DNA of 64,000 nt, from NCBI RefSeq assembly GCF_018977255.1, contig NW_024704743.1, forward strand, positions 47,866,001 through 47,930,000, in the 5' to 3' direction. Positions 13,051 to 26,624 of the stretch are shown here, piece after piece. Position 1 is the first letter of the stretch. Each line of letters begins with the position of its first letter. The translations under genes were made by a program, and so were the position numbers. Source of the stretch: Callorhinchus milii. Its lineage: Eukaryota. The notes under the pieces are model-generated. The model saw only the letters and a list, made by a program, of their open reading frames with translations. It searched no databases and had not been told where the DNA came from.

Positions 13051-13679
13051 ATAGTTTGTGCAGTGTTTGTACATTATCCACTTGTCCAAACTGGAGTATT
13101 TGTATCATTCTTGCAAATAGTGAACCATTCGCTGAACAATTGGTTCAGATGTTGAATTATATACTTAAAGCCAATGGTTCAGCGTACTCTGTTTTCCAAA
13201 ACCTCCTGACATGGCTGATAAGTAAGTCATTGGCCAATTCAGGGCTCAATTGTAACTTTTGTTTACAATCAAAATTTGTGAGTTTTTCAGCTTTGCTTCT
13301 CTGGACTCTCATGGAATTATCCAAGTTTAGTGGTGCTTGTAACTAAATGTAGACAGACATGTGTTGGATTCTTATGGTCCATCTGCCAGTAGCAAAATTC
13401 TTTTTTAAAAAAAAATCAGACCATCTAATGATCATATCTTTCAATCGATGTTCGTCAGGTAAGAGGAAATTGGATAGCTATTATTTACCTAATAGCTATT
13501 GAATTCCCTGTTACCTTACCATTGGTGTATTTGTTTTTGTATCTTCCATTTTATTTAATATTTTATTTTAATTTGTGGTTTTGCTGAAGGAAAAGCGAGT
13601 TTACCGATGACTATTATAGTCATAAGCAAATGCGGAACAGCTATAAAGAATATAACCTTCCAATTAAATAAACAATTTA

Positions 13680-13859
13680 CAGTAAACTCCTGATAACTCG
13701 ACCCAGGTTTAACTTGTCGCTGCAATTTAAAAGTCAACATGCTGTCAATATCCCGGCCACATTTATTTATATTTTTATACATGTACCTAAATCGCCACTC
13801 CGGGTAACTGGTCACTGAGCCCTTTTCCCTTGGAGTGATGAGTTATCAGGAGTTTTTGG
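13680..13859. mobile_element. Short Tigger-like MITE
   Basis: TA|CAGTAAACTCCTGATAACTC ... GAGTTATCAGGAGTTTTTGG|TA; 16-bp perfect inverted core. Confidence 0.65.
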
Positions 13860-15829
13860 TAGTTGTTTTGCTTATAGAGGAACTTTACTGAAGAGGGGAA
13901 CATTTTTATTTCCCCCCACTCCCATTTAATTACCGCAGAACTAGTTTTATACTACAGCAAAGGAGATAATGTACTTTTTTATCACCTTCTCACAGGGACA
14001 CCCAACATTTTGGGTCTGACCATCAGCCAAGATCCGCTCAGGTAATGTCAATGGTGAGTATGTGAATTAGTACCAACTATCCTCCCAATCCCAAATACCA
14101 TTTGGGAAGCTTGAAGGATTTTAAATTCCAGTGGTGCTCTGCGTACAGCTATTCACTCAACCAGTGGCAATGTGGAAAGTGGATCAAAAAGTACAATATC
14201 ATTTTGTCAGGTTGAAGATTTTTTTTGTGTGAGGGAGGGATGGATATTTCATGTTGATATTTCATGTTGATAATGCAAACCTTGAATTGATTTTTTTAAA
14301 AAATAGAAGTATCAAAGCAGCATATGTTTTAGCTGGCTGGATGTAAAAATGTTCCAAAAAGCAAGTTTGCTCATGGTTTAGCAGGGCAGTCCGTTGTGTA
14401 TAAGCACAGTGGGTGTTGAGTGGAGGGACGTGAATTTCCAATCTCGCTCTGGGTTTCTTAGGAAAATGCCCACGTAAGTCATGTACATGTTGGAGGGAAA
14501 AATTATGAGCTGAGACTGTATCCATCACTTTTTGACTTCTTTGCCCACAAAATACACATGGTCGCACCACTTTACAGTATGTCCTGTGAAGCGCTTTGAG
14601 ACATCTCGGCAACGTGATAAGTGCTATATTAAATACAAGGATTATTATAAATGGAAAGAAGTTTGGGAGTAGATTATCTGCCTGCCCGCTCAGTCGAAGA
14701 ATCTTGAACATGAATCATCAGTAATTTAAAGAAATGATGAGAAACTCAAATAATCCAGGTTTACACTTTTTTTCCTCATCCCCAGCTCATAATAATGTTG
14801 AAAATAATCAATAAATAGCAATATGGGAAGGTAATTTGTGAAATTTGCAAATATGTTTGTAAATAATGAATCCTTAAGATCCCGAGTGTACCTCATACCA
14901 ACCCTCCGTAAATGACTTACTGTGATCCTTTCATCGCAGTCTGACTGTTTTTGCAGGGTGCTGGCCTGAGACACATCCGGGTAACTGAGTATCCAGTATC
15001 CAAATTTTGTGAAATCGACACATTAGACTTAATTACTGAAGAAATACTTGTATGGCTCTTTATTACAGTGGAGCATCCTCATAGCACGGTGGTCGGGATC
15101 TATAAAATCCTAACTTGTGCTGTAACAAGCCCAGTTTCATTGCAATACCTGTTTTTGCCACATATGCACATAGCTATCCAGGTTGCTCCTTGAGCACTAG
15201 CCAGTTTCCGCACTAATCCCCCCACCTCCCCCAACTTCTTGTAACTGAATTTGTGCTAAAAGAAATGCATTATACTGGGGTGGCACTGTATTTGAAACAT
15301 CTCAAAGAGCTCCACAAGCTCAAGTCTCGATGTGGATTTTCTTCTCTAACGCAGAGGATAGAGTGCTACCAAATGAGCTGGACTGACGGCTTGCTATCTT
15401 TATTTCCATTTGAAGAAGATAATCTGTGGCATTAAATAGAATTAGACTTCTTAAAATGCCTGTGTATGTTGAAACAAACAAATCTAACTGCAGTGCTTTA
15501 AATGCCTAATCCCAACATTTCTGACACGAGCCATTTGGAGTTCTGTTTATTCTCATGTTGCCTCGTATATAAAAAAAATTAAACAGTAAAATTCCAATGG
15601 TTGTGAGAGCTTTTAAACTTTGGTACGCTAGCAAACCAGAAATGTTCAAATTGGTCTTGCTATCTAGGTTCCATTCTTGCTTCCGTACTAACCTGTAATC
15701 CTGATAAATGGCCGATAAAGCTTTGAGAGTTTATTGCAAAGCCTTATATAAACAACAAAGTCTAGATGTGTGGTGTTTTACAATATTTTATATTAGCATA
15801 CATTTGTATGTATCAAACCTCTCAATATA

Positions 15830-16574
15830 CAGTGAAATCCGCTTTTGCCAGACGCCGGTTAACCCCGAGCATCGGGTAAATCGAACAAACTACCCGGCCC
15901 CAATTCATTTGTATTCCTACCTGTTTTGAATATCCTGGTTGATTCGGACGAAATCCGGTTACTCCGGGCAAAATTTCACGCAGGTCGCCACTGCGTTTAC
16001 TCACTCGGGCTTCCTGTGTGTCCAGCACCTCCATTCTGCCACAAGGGAATCCTGGATATAGATGGGAGGAGTCAACTTGTGACTCTAGCCATTTACAAAT
16101 GGCTGGAGTTGGGCTGTCAATCAGTGAGCGAGACAGAGGAATAGGGAAGAACAAGGGAGGGATATCGTGATTGATTGACAGCTGAGACACTTGTGAATGG
16201 CTGGAGCTGAAACCTCTAATCCGCCGCTAATTGGTCCACTTCCCGTCCAATGGTAAAAGCAATGGGGGGAAGAGGTGCGTAAAAGCAATGGGGGAAGAGG
16301 TGCTGCTCCTCTGCCGGGTGGCAAGTTACTGTAATTTGCAGCCAAACAGAAGTAAATATATTTTATTGAATTCTAACAGAGTATTTTAGCTTTCACTGAT
16401 TAGTTAACATTGCTGCAAGTGAAACAACGTTATTATATATTGTACGGTGCTGGCACCGCTCCTCTGCTCCCCTCACTGGTAATGGTGGTAATGGTATTTT
16501 GGTTAACCTTGGACACTTCCTAAGTCGGACAAAACGGCTGCCCCCAATGTCTCTGGCTTAACCGGCTTCCACTG
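15830..16574. mobile_element. Non-autonomous Tc1/mariner (pogo/Tigger-like) DNA transposon
   Basis: TA|CAGTGAAATCCGCTTTTGCCAGA ... TCTGGCTTAACCGGCTTCCACTG|TA: imperfect terminal inverted repeats with TA target duplication; no transposase ORF. Confidence 0.75.
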
Positions 16575-18689
16575 TATATGTCAATAAAGCAAAAATCATC
16601 AGAGCTCTCTCTATACTCTGACTGATGCTTCAGCTTAGTCAGATTTTTTCTGCAGAGCTGAGTTACAAAGAGTTGTTTTTTTCCCTCCATCCCCCCAGTA
16701 TGTATGTCCCTGATGCTTGTGAATTGGTGGGGAAAGAATTGCCTACAACTAATATGAAGACTGTCTGATCATACCAATGATGAGGAGAAAGCACAGTCTG
16801 AGAGATTTGATCCTTTGAGCCCTCCACCCAGTCAATTTAAAATAAAGACAGTTATTTTTAAGTACATAAGTAAATTTAAGATATGCCTTAGATTGTTTAT
16901 ATTTAGTTTTAATAGCCAAAATTTTGACACAGTTCTTAACATCTGTGTGTGTCATGCAGAAAAAAACATTGTTAATGTAGCAAATGTATAGTTAGCATAA
17001 TGTGTGTGTAGAACAGACCAATCCTCTTAGAACAAACTGCTGCTTTTGCAATACATTTGTATACCATAGTCTATATTGAGTAAAATCATACTATCTATAT
17101 TATGTGGTTCAATTAGGTATTTTATGGAGTTTTTTTTTAGCAGTGAAAGTATTTTTAAGAAGCAATATTTATTGGTGATTAAGCTGAAAGGTGACATTTG
17201 CCTTCAATTAAAATGTGAAAATGTAGTTATTCTGTTACTGTGGCCTTGTCTCAGATGTGAGGCCATTCCAACCTATTAAGTTGTCATAATATAATTGAGA
17301 TAAAGGAGGAGTTTGCTTCTTGTTATTTAGCCAGAAGACACTAATTGGATTGTCAATATGTTTTACCATTTACATTTTAAAATCAACTCTGTGGTGCAGT
17401 CAAACAAATCAAAATCTTGTCATAAAGCCACAGATTGATAAAGGAAAGAACAATGGTTTCACTGTGTTTCTAACATTTTGGGGTCAATGTGGCGCTATAG
17501 GTCAATTTATTCTTAATATTAAAATCCACTTAGTACACTAAATGATTAAAATTAAAATAATGATGCTGTCATGATCTTTGCATTTGATATGCTGACTATA
17601 TTGTCAAACTGTCTGCAAGCACTTTTTGGGTAATTAGTATGTTTGTAGGGAGATTTCAAATAATTGCAGCTTTTATACCTGTATCAATTTTCTTTCCTGA
17701 AAGTGTTTTGATTCCCTTTTCTTTATGTTGAAATAGATTCTACATGTTGGTGTTGGTTGGCCTCCGAATATCTCAGCCAATTGACCAGTGCCCATTACCC
17801 ATGTGTTGTTAGTCTAGGAGTAATAAAATACTGCAGGTCAGGAAAACTTGTGAAAAACAGTGTCTATAATGAAGGATCATATCCCATCTTGCACATATAT
17901 TGGCAGAGGGATAACATTACAAGTAGAAAATGGAATTTATTTCTTGAATGAACACAGATTAGGTTTCTAAAACAGTTTTAAAACAAAAAGGGAGCAAGGC
18001 ATACTCAATTTTGAATAAAACGTCAGAAATAGTTAGCAACCTGGTGGTAAGCCAGCTTCTCAGGAATAGTGGCCAATGATATATGAAACTGGAGGCGGGG
18101 ATTTATGTCCACTGTTTTTCCAGTTAACCCTGTAAGACAAAGCTTTATCAGGCAGGGTGGTGTTAGCTAGACAAACAGTGGGAATCTTGACAAAAAGTGC
18201 TCGCAATAGCAAGCTATGGAGTTTTAACTGGTTAAACTCTAGCCGTATCACACACACACTATAGTTAAGCAGGGTGTGTAGCTCCAGCGAGAGAGTGCAC
18301 ATGCTATTCTAGACACAGAAATATTCATACGTCAGGCATCCATATATGGAACTGGAACTATGTAGTCTAGTTTGGATACTGATAAGCATGGTGGTGGTTT
18401 CTGCATGTCGGACATCTGGCTGACAAAAACACTCATCATTGGTATCAAGGTTTGAAAAGGAGAAAGGAGGATCACAAACTTTTTACATGATTTTGAATTA
18501 AACAAGACCAACTTTGAAAGGATGAAGAGGAATGGATTAAACCGAGATGGCTAGATTGTTAGTTGACAAGTAGTGGTGTAAAACAACCATGATCTACATT
18601 TATGATTACTACTAGAATTAAAGAAAATAATAATGCTTGTGCAACGGTAAGAGACTGTAGACTGGGAGGGATATACAAAATCTTGTGCT

Positions 18690-19412
18690 TAATATAGCAC
18701 CTTTTTTATGTTGGATCAATATCTTGAAGTACTTCACAAAGATGAAAGATAATCAAAGTGAGACATTTTTAAAAGAGTATTTTGAAGATGAAGAGCGAAG
18801 GCTGAATGAGAGGATTTTAGGAGACAATTTCAGAGATTTAGGTCATGTAAGCTCAAGGTTCAGCTAAGAACGGTGAAATTGAGGAACAAGCAATTGAGCA
18901 GAGTCAGAAGAGCAGTAAAGGCCACAACAAGAATAAGATTGGACAAGTTTCGAACGATAGGGAGGGGCAAGATTGTGAAATAATTTGAAGTTTAAGGCGA
19001 GGCTCATGAATTTGATACTGTGGGTATCAAATCTGTGGGTATACCTCTCGATCACTCGTTTTCAAATCCCTTCATGTCCTAGCACCTCCCTAGCCCTCCA
19101 ACCTGCTTACTCCCTAACCCGCAACCCGATGCCTCCGCTCGACTGGCTCCAACCTTCTGCATGTCCCTCATGCTATCCATTGCGCCATCCGTGGCCGCAC
19201 TTTCAGCCACTACACCCCAAAACTCTGGAACAATCTTCCTCTATCCCTCTACCTTGCCCTTTCATTCCTCATCTTCAGATCGTGCCTGAATACCTTTCTC
19301 TTCAAACATGTCTATGGTTACTTCCCCACCGCCCGCTTTTGTGCTCCGCCACTGTCGATCGCCCGGGCACTACCCTGTGTGAAGGGTGCTATATAAATGC
19401 AAGTTGTTGTTG
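18690..19412. mobile_element. Two degraded L2 3' ends in opposite orientation (minus 18690-19030, plus 19050-19412)
   Basis: LFHNLAPPY on the minus strand; plus-strand CTCTGGAAC..TATATAAATGCAAGTTGTTGTTG tail. Confidence 0.7.
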
Positions 19413-20199
19413 TTTCGTGGTTGTCTGGAGCTCTCTCTCCGTGGTTGAAGGTTGGGTGAATGGAATGCCACGATTAAGCTGGGAAGCATTTCTTTGTGAA
19501 CTACCATTACTTCTGCCTTTTCCCTTCTCTTATGGAAAGACTCAACGCCTCCAAATAGCAGCATGGTTGAGATTAGAAATTCAGCAGTCTTTGGATTTAC
19601 CTTTAACCTGCCATTTCACTATGCTTTCATATAGCTTTGTGTAAAAAAATGCAAGATTGCTACATGTAAATGTAAATGTATTTATCTGAGCTTCTACACA
19701 AAAGAAATAAAATATTCTTAATAAATTTTAAACAACAAACAATCTGCATTTAAGCTTGGGTATTACAGTATTATAGAAGAGCAAGCTATTTACAAACTGC
19801 TTTAAACCATTATGATACAATGCTATGATTGAATATAGATTGGATCATATAATATTAATTTTATGACCTGATTGTGTGACAAGCGATTTGTGGAGGTTTT
19901 CATCTTTCCCAGCATAGTTCTATTTGGAAGATTTTATAATTCAATGAAATATCCTCTACATATACATTGAGAATCTGTGAAATATTGTAATGCCCCTCTT
20001 TTCATGGACTTGTATTCATGAAAAGAATGACTTCCTAATAGTCATGTTTAGTAATAAACATTTAATATATAACTCAGATTTCTAATATGTTGCAAATTCA
20101 GGACACAAAGTGTTAATATTAGATTTAAACTACTGAAGCCAGTCTTCTGTACCAGTCCAGCTTTCTGCAGAATATTAGAATTATTCTTTAATAGAGGCT

Positions 20200-21110
20200 T
20201 TGGATGTCTCCTACAGATTTATTGGCTTCTAAATGGCAAGAGAGAAAATTGCTATCAGCAAATATAAATTTACAACAAAATATTGCAGTGTCACAAATGG
20301 GATACTGCCTAAGTAATCATTTGATGCACTAAGCTTTCCAAGCAGCCAAATTTACTGTATAAAAGGAAAGGAATTGCCGCAGATACATTGTTAATAGGTG
20401 CATGTTTTGAGGTTAAGGCCTATTTTATTTAATAAATTGGTTTGTTTTTTCCAGTACTGAGGGATGTTGGGCTGGTTGTAAGTGTGTGCAAGTGTGCCCA
20501 CTGACATGTTATTATGAGGATTGACAGCGTCTGTCAAGCATTTTGATAGCCTGAGCAGTAGATCACTCAAACAGGAACAGTGCTCCTGTGCAGAAAGTAT
20601 CACATATCCCCCACCAATTTACAGGGAAACAGCAATAACATTTTATCATGGTTGAGGGCCCAGTAGCTGCTTCCTATTAAACTTGGCCTTTTGGATACCT
20701 GTCCAGGATTAATTTGTTGATTTCAAATGGAAACTCAGTCCCCTCCACTGAAGCATGACTTGCTCGAGGAGGCACAATCTGAATGACAATTATGTTGTAG
20801 ACTGGTTTTAGACCATTACAAACTGGGACCCAGTGGAAGGCAAAAGACTTTGGTAACTGATTTTAATAACCTGTCCAATTTAAACTGTCAGTTATGTGCG
20901 CACTTGTGGGATAGTTCTAAGAAGAATAACGTAACGAAAAAGTTCTAACATGCTATTATAATGACACAGTTGAAAAAATGTTTTTGAATTAAAGAATAAC
21001 GGTCCCCCTGAAGAGATTTATATCCTGCATTAAACGGCATGGTTTGAAAGTTGCAGATTAAATTGTGAGGTATCTCAGGAGATTTCATTCATGACTGTAA
21101 TGGTTATTTT
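20200..21110. promoter_or_regulatory. Candidate conserved non-coding enhancer block in HIBADH intron 6
   Basis: Repeat-free; inverted MEIS-type pair TTGACAG-cgt-CTGTCAA at 20521-20537. Confidence 0.35.
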
Positions 21111-22254
21111 CCATTTCTCACATTTAATAAGGAAACATAAATCAAATTATGATTTTTCTTGTTGCTGTTTTTATTAACTCTGCTTCATACCTCAACACCC
21201 CTCGTTTCCTATAAGAGAAAAAACATGTTTGAAATGTAAATTTGAAACACTTGCATATACTGGCAACCAAATTATTAGGATGTGCTTCTTAAAATAATAA
21301 TTAGATTTGTAGAATTATAGGTGTGCTGCCTCAAAAGCGATTGCCTTTTCAACAAGTGGACCATAAACATAAGTAACTGAGATACCATCTTTGACCTAAC
21401 CCAGTGACCTCTGTAAAATCCAGAGTGAAGAAGGAATAAAAAGTTTTAATTTCACTTATACATTTGGGGTTTCTGAAACTTCGTAAAATAATTGTATCTA
21501 TTTCAGAAGCAATAAAAAACAATATAGTGTTTCAGTTCCTAGTCCTTTGGCTACCCGAAAGAGATCTTTAAATGAAACAATTTCTGCTATGAATTAGATA
21601 TTGGATGTTGAGAAGGGATTATGTGGGATTTTTTGTATTCCCCCCCCCCACTGTTTTGTTATCTCTTGTAACTGGAATAGATAGTATTTCATTTTAAAGG
21701 CCTGCTTATAGCATAGACTATATTATTTATGGCGTTCGGGGCCCAATTAGATCTAACTATTTTTCCTGATTGTTTATCAAGGTGAAGAACAGAAGTATAA
21801 AATATAAAAACTAAGGAAGTCATTTTAATTTCAGAAGAAATATGCTCTCTGTTATTCTCACTATAATCTAACATACAATGGAGGTGTTTTCTTATTTGTT
21901 AAATATAACCTTGTTCTGACTCCAAAATTTTGAAATAGTTTTATTTTAGTACTTCAAATAGATTGCAATTTAAATAAAAAGAGTTATCAGAATTCTATAG
22001 AATCAGATTCAAATCCTTGAGCTATGGCATTTTAAAAAAAAGTTTTCACACTTTACAAATGGGGAATAAACTTTGCAAAGCCTCTTTTGCTGTTCTGCAT
22101 TGCAGTTTCTCTGTATATCCCACCTGAATTCATAATGAGATGTATGTTAAACAAAATGTAAATTGTCTTGTAACTTCAACTAGAGTAAAACATTGGTTAC
22201 TGACAAGCCGGTCATCCTTAAAACTGAGATAAAATAAAGTACACCTGGAACTTT

Positions 22255-22640
22255 GCTCATTTAGTAAAGGCACTGTCCAGTATGTAAGCAAGCCATACAG
22301 ACCAGGTAAATCCTAGGTTAGATACCCTATCAGTGTTAATTTAGTAAATCTCTGCCAAGTCATAATAACTAGCTTCAGCACTCTGGGCCATAGCCATGGA
22401 AATTAGGCAGGATCATGATTCAGTGATCCCAGTGGGAAAATATGTGTGCATATTGATATCGGGACAGAATTTGGTTTTCTTGTGATGTGACCTGCAATTG
22501 TAGTCTGTCAACACTTCTGATCTAGGCTCATATGAATGAACACTTGGATGAAGCATCATAAGATGTTGTCTACCACTAAATTATACTCTCGCAGTCTAGC
22601 ATGATTCTGCCTGCTTCAGAAGAGATGGAGGAGCGAATTG
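22255..22640 (+). mobile_element. Ancient SINE, AmnSINE2-like
   Basis: AGCCATACAGACCAGG..CCTAGGTTAGATACCCT..TCTAGGCTCA..CTTCAGAAGAGATGGAGGAG; homologous to 34430-34750 and 40130-40390; family name from memory. Confidence 0.55.
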
Positions 22641-24631
22641 GTTTGTGGGGGAAGAGGCTTTTTTTTAGAATTGTTTAAAATAATAAGGAGGCAGATGTTG
22701 GTACTAAGGTAATGCAAATAGATTCACGAGACAATTGCTAAGACAGATCACAAAGCTGTTCACATACAGGCCAGGCATGAAAAGATTTAGATGTATTTAA
22801 TTTGTAGTTATTTGGTGATGTGAGATGTTTTGGAAGATATTGCCTGATTTTAGCTACAGTGCAACCAATCTATTATCTAGGCATGAAAGTGCTCAGTTGT
22901 TTTGGAATTGAGTGATTTAAGTGAAGTCTATAATGACTTATTTATTGAATGTAGTAGTATAGGCAGTTTTATATCAAATACACCTACTGACTGCTTCAAA
23001 AGGCTGTCAGGGATGACTCCTTAACTCGCCAAAACAGGATCCAAAGAAAGAGAAAATTATATTGTCATAAATATTTAATAGTAGAACCGGTTTTGTATGA
23101 ATTATAGGCTGTAACACAATCCAATCCAAATATTTGTGTACTATGTCATTTTTGTAAATTATTACTCTGCATGTTATTTTAAGTAAACACTTTGATTGCT
23201 GGGGCATGGGTACTTTATCCAAAGTCATTCTTAGTTGAATGCAGGTTCAAAATAAAATCCCTCCAGCAATATTCAAGATAAGAAGATTGGTGGATATGTG
23301 GAGTGGACTCCTAGCAGCAAAACAATCCCACTGTATTGTGTGTTTTTTTTAAAAAACAAACTGACCAGAAACCAAAAAGTTGGGTAGGTATGTGGATGGG
23401 GAGTGAATCAAAAGTTACAGATATAACTCTGAAAATGATTAAATAGTCCACTGGATATGATGGTTCTGTTGCAGTTGGATGGGTGTATAGTCTGCGCAAA
23501 CGGCTGCCAAGGTTGAATTGTGGAGATGTGGGAACGAATGTCTTGGAGTTCTGCTTGATTACCTTTGAAGATCATGAAATATTTATGCAGAATTTTCCAT
23601 CATGGCCATTAAATGCAGGCTGTAGTCCATAACAGGACAAAGGTTTTACATGTCTGTGGAAGCTTTGGCCTTGATAGGCTGAATGGTCCTTTTGTTCCCG
23701 TGTTTCTCTATTCTTATGAAGTAAGTGATTTTTGGTTATTAGACTCAGCCATGATTAGCGTAGAAAAATTCATAGTTCCCTTTTGTTCTCATTCTTTTTT
23801 AATTTTTAGTGCAGGCAAACCTTCCAAGTTTCTATGCTTTTATGCAGTTTTTTTGTAGTAGCAATTTGTGGTTCAGTGCATTTTTCAGTTATTTCCTTTG
23901 TATATTGGAGTTTAAACCTCTGAGTTATGTCCTATATAGAAACATAGTAGTTTAGTAGGCCCTTCAGCCCCTTGAGCTAGTTCCGCCATTCTATAAGATC
24001 ATACCTAAAGTCCAATTATGGACGAAAGCACGAATGAGGGTTTCAGAAGCTACTCTTGATGATGATGATTCCCAACAGCAGCAACAGCATTGAGTGCCAT
24101 TCCTGGCATGATGTGCTTTTCACAGCATTGAGTCCTTTTATTTGGTTGAGGGACAGTATCCTTATCTTGGCCTCTCTTTCAGATATCGTAATGCCACTTT
24201 CGGTTTTGGTGAATTACTTTGAAGCACTAATTTTAATGTAGAGATTGACAAAGGAAATTGAATGTTACTTGCCGTTTGCCTCACACTCATTCTTTGAACA
24301 CAGAACAGTCGACTTCAATAAACTCCACCCATAACCAGCAAATGACAGATTTGTTGGGATGGAGCTACTAGAACATATTTTGTGCTTCTTATAAAATAAT
24401 AATCCTTGCATTATTTATAGCACCTTATCACATTCTTGAATCTCGCAAAGCCCTTCACGGGCTTTTAGCGTAAAGTGGAATGACTGTGTATTTCTAGGCA
24501 AAGCTATGTACTCAGGATCTTGTTGCTGAATCCTTTGGTTCCTGTCTACAGTATAATAATATAACAAAGCACTTCACAGAATATATTGTAAAGTAGATTG
24601 ACTGTATTTTGTGGGCGAAACATAAATAAAT

Positions 24632-24940
24632 ATAAATAATAATCCTTGCATTTAATATAGCACTTTTCACGTCTTCTAGACGTCTCAAAATGCTTCACAG
24701 AATAGACTGTAAAGTGAATAGACTATATATTTGTGGATGAAACGTGGCAGCCAATTGCGCACAGCAGTGTCCCACAAACAGTCGTAAATTGAAGTAACCA
24801 ATTTATTATTTTTTTTCTTGAGGGATTATTGTTATCATTATCAGGCGTGTGGAGTAAGGAAACTTGCCCAAGGTTTCACCCTACCGGGAATCGAACGCGG
24901 GAATAGAGGCCAGTGCTCTAACTACTGAGCTACAGGACTC
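24632..24940 (-). mobile_element. SINE, older subfamily (TAGAA loop)
   Basis: Same architecture with diagnostic GAGACGTCTAGAAGACGT tail. Confidence 0.88.
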
Positions 24941-25077
24941 CTTTTCCACGTCCCTATAAATAGGGATGAGGAAAAAAAAGGTCATGATTGAGAAATATAG
25001 ACCTAAATTTAAAATGCCAGCATCACAAGAAGCTTTCCCCTGTACATATGGCAAAATATTTTATATGGAGTTATACT

Positions 25078-25398
25078 ATAATAATAATAATAATCCTTGC
25101 ATTTGATATAGCGCTTTTCACGTCGGGAGGACGTCCCAAAGCGCTTCACAGAACACACTGTAAAGTGAATTGACTGTATATTTGTGGGCGAACGCAGCAG
25201 CCAATTGCGCACAGCAATGTCCCACAAACAGTCGTAGATTGAAAATGACCAATTTATTATTGTTTTTTGGTTTTGGAGGGATTATTATTAGGCGTGTGGA
25301 GTAAGGAAACTTGCCCAAGGTTTCGCCCTGCCTGGAATTGAACTCAGGTCTCTCGCTTGCAAAGCGAGTGCTCTAACCACTGAGCTACAGGACTCCAC
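25078..25398 (-). mobile_element. Full-length young SINE
   Basis: Reverse complement of the consensus, (AAT)n at left end. Confidence 0.92.
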
Positions 25399-26467
25399 AG
25401 GACTTAAATACTACATTTAAAGTGATTCCATGTCAGATGTGTGGTCTAACATTTCCGTTAACAAACAATCTTCTGATCAGTGTATCTGAGGACAATTTAG
25501 TGCTGAGTTGCAAAACAGTTTTTTTTCCTGTGGACCTTAAGCCATTTAGAAATGGATTAAATGTGCTGAAATGTTTCACTTGAGACCTTTGCAGCCACCA
25601 GATACACTTTTATCCCATTTTTATCCTTTCTTTGACCACAAATGGGAAAAGTTCTTTTATGAAAAATTCTATACTGTTTTAAAAACAATTTTAAAATGCT
25701 TAAAGTCCTTGTACATGATACAAACTCTACTTTCAGAGGGACTCTGACTTGCAACTTGAGTTCTCTGGAGCCCAAGTCTTGTAAGTCGAAGTGATACTAC
25801 AGTGCTTCCTGGAGAAAATGTAATTTACGTTACAGTGTATTTTTTTGGTGCATAAGCCATTCAAAAAATTTTTCATATCCTGTGATTAGTTATTACATAG
25901 GCATGATATATTCACTGTGTTGCGGTTGGTTGAGTTGCCACAGACATTATATAATCCCATTATGAAATAGTTCCACACTGTGCCCAGCATTAAATTGCTC
26001 ACTTTGGATAAAATGCAGATGAAGTTGAAAATAATTGTGAGTAACCAATATAAGAGTGTAATGTGTGTACATTTATAGATATCTTAAAACAAGCATTTAA
26101 TGTCCAGCTAATTGCATATTCTAACAATTCAGCTTTGTCGTTAGAGAAGACTAGAATAAGGAAAAAGAAATGTTGTACAAGCATTATATTTAATGCCTTT
26201 TGTATTCAGTCTGTACAAGTCACCAGAAGGGGTACCATCTCTTTAAAGTTTATTGACCGTGTATTTAATAGCTTCGTTCAATTTGTATATGCTGGACTGA
26301 CTTAGAATCACTTTAATGTTGTGTCATAAATCCAAAATGAATGCTCTATCATTTTAGAAGACGGGCACTAGAATGAGACAAATGACTGTGTTGGGTCAAA
26401 TAGCAGATAACTGGTCAGCCTTGCTTGCACTTTGACACTGAAACTGCTCATCTGTGACTTCTGACAG

Positions 26468-26624
26468 GCTAGGGCTTGACCAGAAGCTCCTGGCGAAAGT
26501 TCTGAATATGAGCTCGGGTCGATGCTGGTCAAGTGACACATACAACCCTGTGCCAGGAGTGATGGCGGGCGTCCCTTCTGCTAATGATTATCAAGGAGGA
26601 TTTAGCACAGCACTGATGGCAAAG
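26468..26624 (+). CDS. HIBADH: HIBADH exon 7 equivalent, 157 nt
   Basis: ctgacAG|G CTA GGG CTT GAC ... GCA AAG|GTatgt; (R)[52 protein letters not shown]. Confidence 0.97.

Noticed and set aside
18985..19644. 219-aa ORF and the 257-aa ORF at 47273-48046
   Set aside because: Both lie over degraded L2/SINE sequence and are off-frame read-throughs
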